A stretch of 47,863 nt of DNA, from positions 1 through 47,863 of the forward strand of contig JANXMC010000030.1 in the NCBI GenBank assembly GCA_025354825.1, given 5' to 3'. The position numbers and the translations under genes are program-made. Source of the DNA: Myxococcales bacterium. Lineage in GTDB: Bacteria > Myxococcota_A > Polyangia > Polyangiales > Polyangiaceae. The notes beneath the pieces are model-generated. The model saw only the letters and a list, made by a program, of their open reading frames with translations. It made no database searches and was not told the DNA's origin. Shown here piece after piece: positions 26,451 through 33,379 of this stretch. Each line of letters begins with the position of its first letter. Within the stretch, counting starts at the first letter, position 1.

Positions 26451-26978
26451 ATGCAAATAGGAGAATGGAGTCAACTTCACGACTTCGTCGAGGCGGCCAC
26501 ACGCGTCCTGCTCTCCTCACTAGGGTTGCCGATCGTTTACGTGGGCACAGTGCCGCACCAGTCGTCGGGTTGGACCGGGAGGCTTTCCGTCATCGGTCTG
26601 GGAGGCGAATGCCTGCGTGGCTGTCTCCTTTTGAACATCCCTGACGCGCTCCTCCGTGACACCCACCCCGCTGGCGGTGAAAGCGAAGAGGAGCTTGCCG
26701 ACTGGCTCGCGGAAATGGGCAATCTGATCCTCGGGCAGATTAAACGAGACCTGCTCGCCTATCAGGTCACGATCGAGCTGAGCACGCCCGTTACGCTGTC
26801 GGCGACCGACTTCCGATTCGTTCGATTCGCGAGCACGCCCGTCGTTCACCAATTCACCGTGAACGGGGTGCCGCTCCACGTGGTCTTCGAATCCGTCTGC
26901 AAGGGCGGCGCCCGCCTCGCGGCGGTGGCGGGCGGCGTGAGCGCGCGCGCTGGCGACGTCGTGTTGTTCGAAATATGA
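26451..26978 (+). CDS. cheX: CheX-type CheY-P phosphatase
   Basis: ATG 26451 follows AAAGGA. ELADWLAEMGNLILGQ carries the CheC/CheX ExxN active-site motif, and the size is typical. Confidence 0.7.
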   Translation: MQIGEWSQLHDFVEAATRVLLSSLGLPIVYVGTVPHQSSGWTGRLSVIGLGGECLRGCLLLNIPDALLRDTHPAGGESEEELADWLAEMGNLILGQIKRDLLAYQVTIELSTPVTLSATDFRFVRFASTPVVHQFTVNGVPLHVVFESVCKGGARLAAVAGGVSARAGDVVLFEI

Positions 26979-27004
26979 GCTTGCGGGGCGGAGAGGAGAT
27001 CACG

Positions 27005-27379
27005 ATGGGTAAGAAAATTATCGTTGTCGACGATTCACGAACCGCCCGACAGCAGGTCGCGCAAGCGCTCGAGGCCGCTGGGTACGAGGTGCTCGAGGCG
27101 ATCGACGGGAACGACGGCATTGCCAAGGTCATCGCGCACGAGGACGCCGCTCTCATCGTCTGCGACGTGAACATGCCAAACCTAAATGGCATCGACATGA
27201 TCGAAAAGTTACGTCGGGAAATGCCCCGTCTCCGCGTGCCTATCGTCATGCTCACGACGGAGGCCCACCCCGAGCTGCTCCAGCGCGCGAAGCTCGCCGG
27301 CGCAAAGGGGTGGATTGTGAAACCGTTCAAGCAAGACCTGCTGGTGGCAGCGGTCCGCAAGCTCGTCGGCGACAAATGA
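27005..27379 (+). CDS. cheY: Single-domain CheY-like response regulator
   Basis: GGAGAGGAG RBS, then ATG 27005. KKIIVVDDS...LIVCDVNMPNLNG...MLTTE...GWIVKPF has all the canonical REC residues. Confidence 0.9.
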   Translation: MGKKIIVVDDSRTARQQVAQALEAAGYEVLEAIDGNDGIAKVIAHEDAALIVCDVNMPNLNGIDMIEKLRREMPRLRVPIVMLTTEAHPELLQRAKLAGAKGWIVKPFKQDLLVAAVRKLVGDK

Positions 27380-27975
27380 TTTCGACGGGTGCGAGGACCG
27401 TGCTCCGCGTCCTGCTGGCGCTCTGGTCCCTGGCGCTTCTCGCGACGGGCGCAGCCCTCCTCGCCGGTCACCTCGTCGCGCTGCCGAAGCCCCACTACGA
27501 CGACTCGAGACTCACGTCGACGCTCGCACGCATGCGGAATCACAGACCTTCCGGGCGCGTCGTCGTGATTCACATTCTCGACGTCGACTGCCGCTGCTCC
27601 CAACGGGTCCTCGAACATTTGGTCGCTCGCCGCGCGCTTCCGGGGGTCGAAGAGCGCGTCGTCCTCGTCGGGCCGGAAGGGCTCGAAGGCCCCCGCGTTT
27701 CCTCGTCGGGCTTCGAGCTCGAAGTCGTCACGAGGAGCGGTCTCCTCGCGAGGTATGGAGTGCTCTCTGCACCCGTGATGGTCGTGGCCGATGGGCAATC
27801 ACGCGTTCAGTACATCGGCGGCTATACGCTGCGCAAGCAGGCGACGGCGATGAGAGATGCGGAGATCATCGCGCGAATCGCGCGTGGCGAAGAAGTCGAG
27901 CCGCTCCCGCTTTTCGGATGCGCGGTCGACGCGAAGCTCCGGGAGACCGTCGATCCACTTCGGCTTTTGAATTGA
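27376..27975 (+). CDS. N-terminally membrane-anchored thioredoxin-fold-like protein with a CRCS motif
   Basis: ATG 27376 overlaps the cheY stop (ATGA). TM segment VLRVLLALWSLALLATGAALLAG. VVVIHILDVDCRCSQRVLEHL sits where a Trx-type CxxC would be. The fold assignment is tentative. Confidence 0.55.
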   Translation: MISTGARTVLRVLLALWSLALLATGAALLAGHLVALPKPHYDDSRLTSTLARMRNHRPSGRVVVIHILDVDCRCSQRVLEHLVARRALPGVEERVVLVGPEGLEGPRVSSSGFELEVVTRSGLLARYGVLSAPVMVVADGQSRVQYIGGYTLRKQATAMRDAEIIARIARGEEVEPLPLFGCAVDAKLRETVDPLRLLN

Positions 27976-27997
27976 AGGGGTTGAAGGCGAGGCGAGG

Positions 27998-29950
27998 ATG
28001 ATTTCCAGGTTGTTGACGTTTTTGATCCTACCGCCGCACATATCGGCGTTCGAGCGCAACTACCTCGCGCGCATGAATCGGATCGCCCGCGTCTTCTTTC
28101 TCGCCCACGCTCCTCTGCTCGCGGGCGTCGCCTACCTCTGTCACACGGGCGTTTTAAAAGCTCTCGCGCTCACTTGTCTCATGCTGAGCGGCCCGATGGT
28201 CGCGCCCCTGGCTTTTGAAAACCCGCGGCACATTACGCGCGTCTTCGGCGTCGCAGCCATGGGGCTGGGCGCGCTCCTCGTCCACTTCGGCCAGGGGCCG
28301 ATGCAGATCGAGATGCACTTCTACTTCTTCGTGCTCCTCGGTCTCCTCGTCGTATTCGCCGATCCCGTCGTGATTCTAATCGCGGCTGCGACCGTCGTTC
28401 TCCACCATTTGATTCTCTTCGCGACGCTGCCGCCGAGCCTCTTCAACTACCAGGCGTCCATCTGGTCAGTTGCTGTCCATGCGGTGTTCGTTCTCTTCGA
28501 GTCTGCCGCGGCAGTTTGGGTTTCGCGCACATTCTTCGACAGCGTCCTCGGACTCGAGCACGTTGTGGAGGCGCGCACCTCGGAGCTACAGAGGCAGACC
28601 ACGAGCCTGCGGCTCATGCTCGATAACGTCGGCCAGGGCTTTGTTACCTGTGACCTCCGTGGGGTCCTGTCGACGGAACGGTCGGCAAGTTTTGATCGCT
28701 GGTTCGGCGCGATCTCGCCTGAGATGCGCATCGGGGACTGTCTGCGAACGCTCGACGAGACCGCCGCGCAGGAGCTCGAGATGGGGCTGGAGCAGCTCGC
28801 CGACGACGTGTTGCCCGTCGAGCTCTTGCTGACACAGCTCCCATCACGCATCGCAAACCACTCCCTCGCCCTCGATTTCGACTACAAACCTATTTATACG
28901 GACAACGCGCTCTCTCACGTCCTGGTGATTGTGTCCGACGTCACGTATCGGCTAGAGCGAGAGCGCGCTGAGTCGGAAGCGAAGGAGATGCTTGCGATCT
29001 TCGAAGCGGCCGTCCACGACCGCGCCGGGTTCGTCGATTTCATGAAGGAGGCGAGCGCGCTCGTCGCCGCCGCAACGGCTCCCACGACGCCAATGGAAAC
29101 CGTCAAACGCCATGTCCACACGCTCAAAGGGGCGTGCGGACTCTTGCAACTCACTTCGATGGTCACGTTTTGCCATGAGCTCGAGGAGCGCCTCGCCGAG
29201 GCCACGGAGCTCCCCCTCGCCGAAGAGGTGCGTTTGGTCTCCCGTTGGAGCGCATTCTCGACGAAATTCACCCATATCTTCGGCAGGCTCGAAGAGGTCC
29301 TCCATGTGAGCCGCGCCGAGCTTGCCGACTTGCTCAAGGCGGTCGAGGAGGGCGCCGCCAGCGAAGTCGTCGCCGAGCGGCTGAAGCAGTGGACACTAGA
29401 GCCCACCGCGGTGCGCCTCGAACGGTTCGCCGAACAGGCGCGCGGTATGGCAAGGCGGCTGAACAAAGGGGCCGTCGAGGTCCGCGTCGAACACAACGGC
29501 GTGCGGCTTCCGCGCGCGGCATGGGCGCCGTTCTGGAGCTCCTTCAGTCATGTGGTGCGCAACGCCATCGACCACGGCTTGGAGCTTCCAGGAGAGCGTC
29601 TGGCGCACCGAAAGCCGCCCGCGGGTCGCGTGTCGCTCTCGACCGTAGTGGAGGGCGACGATGTCGTTATCGGGATTGTCGACGACGGCCGCGGAATCAA
29701 CTGGTCGGAAGTGCGCGCCCGCGCAGTCGAGCGGGGGATCTCCGTGCGGACCTCCGACGAGCTCTCGCTGGCGCTCTTTGAAGACGGATTGACGACGCTC
29801 GCGACCCCCACGCACGACTCCGGCCGAGGCGTGGGTTTGGGCGCGGTGCGGGCGATCTGCGAACGAATGGGGGGCCGCGTTCAGATTCAAACCACGTTGG
29901 GCCAGTCGACGCGGGTCGAAATACGTATCCCTCGCCACCACGCTGCCTAA
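27998..29950 (+). CDS. Membrane-integral CheA-like histidine kinase (multi-TM sensor, PAS-like region, HPt, HATPase_c; no CheW-like P5 domain)
   Basis: About 5 N-terminal TM segments. HPt motif KRHVHTLKGACGLL. CheA-type ATPase motifs: HVVRNAIDHGLE, IVDDGRGI, DSGRGVGLGAV. The ORF ends right after the ATPase domain. Confidence 0.85.
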   Translation: MISRLLTFLILPPHISAFERNYLARMNRIARVFFLAHAPLLAGVAYLCHTGVLKALALTCLMLSGPMVAPLAFENPRHITRVFGVAAMGLGALLVHFGQGPMQIEMHFYFFVLLGLLVVFADPVVILIAAATVVLHHLILFATLPPSLFNYQASIWSVAVHAVFVLFESAAAVWVSRTFFDSVLGLEHVVEARTSELQRQTTSLRLMLDNVGQGFVTCDLRGVLSTERSASFDRWFGAISPEMRIGDCLRTLDETAAQELEMGLEQLADDVLPVELLLTQLPSRIANHSLALDFDYKPIYTDNALSHVLVIVSDVTYRLERERAESEAKEMLAIFEAAVHDRAGFVDFMKEASALVAAATAPTTPMETVKRHVHTLKGACGLLQLTSMVTFCHELEERLAEATELPLAEEVRLVSRWSAFSTKFTHIFGRLEEVLHVSRAELADLLKAVEEGAASEVVAERLKQWTLEPTAVRLERFAEQARGMARRLNKGAVEVRVEHNGVRLPRAAWAPFWSSFSHVVRNAIDHGLELPGERLAHRKPPAGRVSLSTVVEGDDVVIGIVDDGRGINWSEVRARAVERGISVRTSDELSLALFEDGLTTLATPTHDSGRGVGLGAVRAICERMGGRVQIQTTLGQSTRVEIRIPRHHAA

Positions 29951-30046
29951 TTCGGCGCGCGAGATGGCGTCGACCCTCCAGGGCCTCTCGCAAGCCAAGT
30001 GACGAAATGCCCTCAAGTTGTGTTGGGGCGTCCGTTCTGGCGAGGT

Positions 30047-31015
30047 ATGAAGTTGCTCATCGCGCTGGAGGACGCCATCCTCGCAAGGCACGCAAGCTCT
30101 CACCTTTCGTCGTGCGGCCACGACGTCACGGTCGCTGCCGATGTCGACGACGCTTTGGAGCTCCTCGCGTCGGGGTTGCCGCCAAGCGTGATGCTCGTGG
30201 GTGGCTCCTGCGCGCGCGTTTCGCTCCTGTTGGCGACCTGCGCCGAGCTGCCGCCCGCGCGCCGCCCCTATGTCATCCTTCATGGCCAAGGGCTCGACGC
30301 CGATGACCCGCTCGGGCACGCCGCGGCGGACGTCGACGACTTCCTGGTCGGATCATGCTCGGGGCGCGAGATGGAAGCGCGCGTCAGGCTCGCAACGCGA
30401 ATCATGGCTCTCGAGTCCCAGGCGGCCTCGGCGCGCGATTGGCTCGTGTTTGCCGCAACCCACGACGCCGTCACCGGCGCGCTCACGCGGAGCGCGGGGC
30501 TCGACGCACTCGACCGCGAGCTCGCACGCGCCGCACGCGAGACGAGCAGCGTCGGCATCGCGGCCATCGAAGTACGCGGCGCGATTGCGATTCGGGACGA
30601 GCACGGAACCGTGGCGTACGATCTCCTGCTGCAGGGGATCGCGTGCCGCGTCCGCGACGCCCTGCGTACCTACGACATCCTCGCGCGCGCGAGCGCCGAG
30701 TCGCTCTTCGCCGTCCTTCCGGGGGTCGACGCATCGTCGGCGGAAAGCGTTGCCTCGCGGCTTCGCGATTGTATCGATGGCACGCCTTTCGACGTCCACG
30801 TCGCGTCGGTGAGCGTGACCTGCGCGATCGCGATTACGACGGCTGTCGGCGACGCAGACGACGAATCGACGGCGCTCCTCGCGCGCGCGGAGGCGTCGAT
30901 CCCCGCTGTCATCGACGCCGCCCGGCTGCCGTCGCGTCCGCGGCTCCGCGCGAGCATTCGTGTGAGGGGGTCCGCCTATCCGACGATCCGCGTGAAACGC
31001 GGCCTCCTCTCCTAG
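30047..31015 (+). CDS. Pseudo-receiver plus degenerate GGDEF protein (candidate c-di-GMP effector)
   Basis: The REC-like N-domain has Gly where the phospho-acceptor Asp should be (SVMLVGGS). The GGDEF-like domain begins HDAVTGALTRSAG and has AESLF in place of GGEEF. An RxxD (RTYD) is retained just upstream. Confidence 0.75.
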   Translation: MKLLIALEDAILARHASSHLSSCGHDVTVAADVDDALELLASGLPPSVMLVGGSCARVSLLLATCAELPPARRPYVILHGQGLDADDPLGHAAADVDDFLVGSCSGREMEARVRLATRIMALESQAASARDWLVFAATHDAVTGALTRSAGLDALDRELARAARETSSVGIAAIEVRGAIAIRDEHGTVAYDLLLQGIACRVRDALRTYDILARASAESLFAVLPGVDASSAESVASRLRDCIDGTPFDVHVASVSVTCAIAITTAVGDADDESTALLARAEASIPAVIDAARLPSRPRLRASIRVRGSAYPTIRVKRGLLS

Positions 31016-31388
31016 AGCGACGCCGAGCGCGACCCGCGCCACGGAACCCGTCCACTGTCGATGCAACTCACGTTGGTAGGGAGGCAGCCCGTTATGGTCA
31101 CCCGAGATTCTGGCAGCACGATGATCGGGCTAACGCGAAGGCCACGAGACGGCCGACCTTCGCTTCGGCCTACCTCGATTCCCAACTACGATGTCGACGA
31201 CTACGCGCGTCGATGTGAAGCAAGCTTCCGGGGGTCGCTTGCGGGAGCCCTGCCGCCGCTCATGGATCTCGCGCGCCGTTGCCGGCGCCCCGAGCGCCGG
31301 ATCGCCGCGAAGGGCGCCGAGCGCCGGAGCTTGGGACTCGCGGCCCTCCTACACACTTTTGTCGATGACCCGCGCTGAGAAGGCGCGA

Positions 31389-31433
31389 CCGCGCGTCGAG
31401 GTTCCAATTCCGCGCGTCGAGGTTCCAATTCCG
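31389..31433. repeat. Perfect 21-bp tandem direct repeat (CGCGCGTCGAGGTTCCAATTC, 2.1 copies)
   Basis: Read directly: period 21, identical from 31389 to 31433. It ends 30 nt upstream of ATG 31464 and is followed by a T5 run. Confidence 0.9.
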
Positions 31434-31463
31434 TTTTTGCGTCTCCTTCACCCACAGAAAAAC

Positions 31464-31799
31464 ATGCCCAACACCGACCGATCCGAAGCTCGAATGCCAC
31501 ACCGCGCCGCGCCGTCGACCCGGGCACCCGTGGGCCTCGGGGCGCGCGTCCGCGACTCTCTCCTCCCTCTCGCTGAGCTGAGAACCTCCGGCCGCATTGC
31601 CCACGAGATGAACAATCTCATTGCCGTCATTTTGGGATATACCGACCTGCTCCTCGCCGACATGGAATCCGAGGAAAGCGGAATTCAGGCAGATCTCACG
31701 GAGGTTCGTATCGCCGCGATCAGGGCACGCGAGCTCACGAAGGAGCTCGCGGAGATGGACGAACGGGAGCGGCGCAGTCTGCCTAGGCGGCAGGCGTGA
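31464..31799 (+). CDS. HisKA-only protein (orphan dimerisation/phospho-acceptor domain), probably a kinase remnant
   Basis: Coding periodicity confirmed in 31560-31620. The H-box is RIAHEMNNLIAVILGYTDLL. No ATPase domain follows. Confidence 0.6.
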   Translation: MPNTDRSEARMPHRAAPSTRAPVGLGARVRDSLLPLAELRTSGRIAHEMNNLIAVILGYTDLLLADMESEESGIQADLTEVRIAAIRARELTKELAEMDERERRSLPRRQA

Positions 31800-31934
31800 G
31801 CCGCGAGCTCGTCGTCATGGTATTTGGCTCTGGCAATCTCGGATGCGAATCCAGATTTGGCCATCGACGCGTTTGACCCCGGCTTCGACGACGTCGTCCG
31901 AAAGCCTTTCGAGCTCTCGGGCCTTAAGCGCTCG
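31800..31934 (+). pseudogene. C-terminal receiver-domain remnant, in the same frame as the HisKA ORF beyond its TGA
   Basis: LALAISDANPDLAIDAFDPGFDDVVRKPFELSGLKRS matches the REC beta4-alpha4-beta5-alpha5 pattern (..GaDDyv.KPF....L). It starts 8 codons after the TGA at 31797-31799, in frame. Confidence 0.4.
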
Positions 31935-31969
31935 AGGGCGCGCCGTCGCTCGATCACGTCGGCTGCGCG

Positions 31970-32095
31970 CGGCATGCCGATCTGCCCGATGTCGTGCAGG
32001 TACGCGACGAGCTCGACGTCGAGAACGCGCCCCGGGGAGAGGCCCATCTTCCGCGCCAAGTGCCTGGCCCATCCTGAGCGTGGGCTGTCGTTCCG
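31970..32095 (-). pseudogene. HD-GYP domain core fragment (frame-broken, truncated at both ends)
   Basis: HLARKMGLSPGRVLDVELVAYLHDIGQIGMP matches the HD-GYP pattern lA..lGls......l..aalLHDIGKi.iP. A TLRMGQA piece upstream lies in a different frame, and a stop lies about 20 codons upstream. Confidence 0.4.
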
Positions 32096-32175
32096 TCGGC
32101 GCAGTGGGCCAATCCGTCACCGACTCGGTACGTCGTCGAACGGGGGGCGCCACGTCGAGACCGGATGATTCCGGC

Positions 32176-33327
32176 ATGGGAACCTCGATCTCGATTTGTC
32201 CGAATCACGACCGCACGCGGGCCCGTGAGAATACGGCGTATCTGATCGCCGCGCTCGTCGGCCTATCGTCGCTTGCCATCGCCGTCACCAACCCTGCAAC
32301 CGCGCCGTCCCCCTCGCCGGAGCGCGCCGCTCCCCCGTTGCGGCAGCCCGCAGCGCTCGCCGCCGAGCCTGCTCCCGTGCGTGCCCTGCGCGACCCCGTC
32401 ACGACGGCGGCGCTCGTCCACGTGGTGCTCATCGCCATCGACGGCGTCCCTGCGCGCGACGTGCTCGGGACCGCGCGCGACCCATCGATGCCGTGGATGC
32501 CCGAGCTCGCCGACATGCTGTCCACGCATGGTGCCGCCATCGGACGCCCCGGATCGGGGGCCGACGTTCGCGCAAGTGGCCCTAACTACCTATCGCTCCC
32601 CGGATATACCGAAATGCTCACCGGGCGCCCGTCGTCGACGTGCGCCGACAACGCCTGCCCGCAGACGACGACCCCTACGATCGTCGACGAAATTGCCGCG
32701 CGTTTCGGCGGTGAAAGCACCGCTGTTGTCGGGTCGTGGCAGCTTCTCAGGCGCGCGGCGTCGCGGGCCCCCGATACGCTCTTCGTCTCGTGCGGGCCCG
32801 ACGGTGCTCCCTCCCACGAGCTTCTCGCGAATACCGAATACCGCCCCGACGCCGTCACCGCGCCTCTCGCGCTTCGCACGCTCGAGAGCCGCGCGCCGCG
32901 CTTCATGTTCATCGGCCTCGGCGACACCGACGAGCTGGCGCACCTTGGCGATCGCCCGGGCTTCGTCCGTGCGCTCACGGCGGCCGACACGGTGATCGGG
33001 CGCGTGCGTCGCATCGTCGACGCGTTCGAAGAGCGCGGCGAGCCGAGTGCGCTTTTCATCACGAGCGATCACGGGCGAGCCCTGTCGTTTCGCGGCCACG
33101 GCGCGGCCTTTCCCGAATCGGGGGCTACGTGGATTGCGGCGTACGGCGCCCACGTACGCGCGGCGGGTGTGGTCGCCCCTTCGGCCCCTCGGCGCCTCGC
33201 CGATCTCACTCCGACGATTCGCAGGCTTCTGAGCCTCCCCGACGACACGGGCGCGGGCGCAGGCGCCCCCCTCGAGGAGCTCGTCGAGCTTGCGCCCACT
33301 GCCGACACGCGGCGCGCGGGGCTGTGA
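32176..33327 (+). CDS. Membrane-anchored alkaline-phosphatase-superfamily enzyme, NPP (type I phosphodiesterase/nucleotide pyrophosphatase)-like
   Basis: Start taken at ATG 32176, because the upstream 555 nt of track ORF 31621-33327 are junk. TM anchor YLIAALVGLSSLAIAV. Metal-site motifs VLIAIDGVPARD, GLGDTDELAHLGD and FITSDHGR. Confidence 0.7.
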   Translation: MGTSISICPNHDRTRARENTAYLIAALVGLSSLAIAVTNPATAPSPSPERAAPPLRQPAALAAEPAPVRALRDPVTTAALVHVVLIAIDGVPARDVLGTARDPSMPWMPELADMLSTHGAAIGRPGSGADVRASGPNYLSLPGYTEMLTGRPSSTCADNACPQTTTPTIVDEIAARFGGESTAVVGSWQLLRRAASRAPDTLFVSCGPDGAPSHELLANTEYRPDAVTAPLALRTLESRAPRFMFIGLGDTDELAHLGDRPGFVRALTAADTVIGRVRRIVDAFEERGEPSALFITSDHGRALSFRGHGAAFPESGATWIAAYGAHVRAAGVVAPSAPRRLADLTPTIRRLLSLPDDTGAGAGAPLEELVELAPTADTRRAGL

Positions 33328-33379
33328 CCTCACGCCCGTCGGCTGCACGGCGTCGTACCCAAATCGCCGCCGCGTTGCC

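Noticed and set aside
31061-31378. 105-aa plus-strand ORF in the gap after the degenerate GGDEF gene
   Set aside because: A manual count over 31201-31260 shows no codon-position GC periodicity (13-15 of 20 at every position), and there are no motifs. I treated it as non-coding.
31389-31433. Possible CRISPR array or minisatellite
   Set aside because: There are only about 2.1 directly abutting copies with no spacers and no cas genes, so this is not CRISPR. I kept it as a tandem repeat and candidate regulatory site.
31621-32175. 5' extension of the NPP-like ORF (the track gives 31621-33327)
   Set aside because: The first ~185 codons are Arg/Ser-rich and overlap the HisKA ORF and the REC/HD-GYP remnants. 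Protein-like sequence with a TM anchor starts at ATG 32176.
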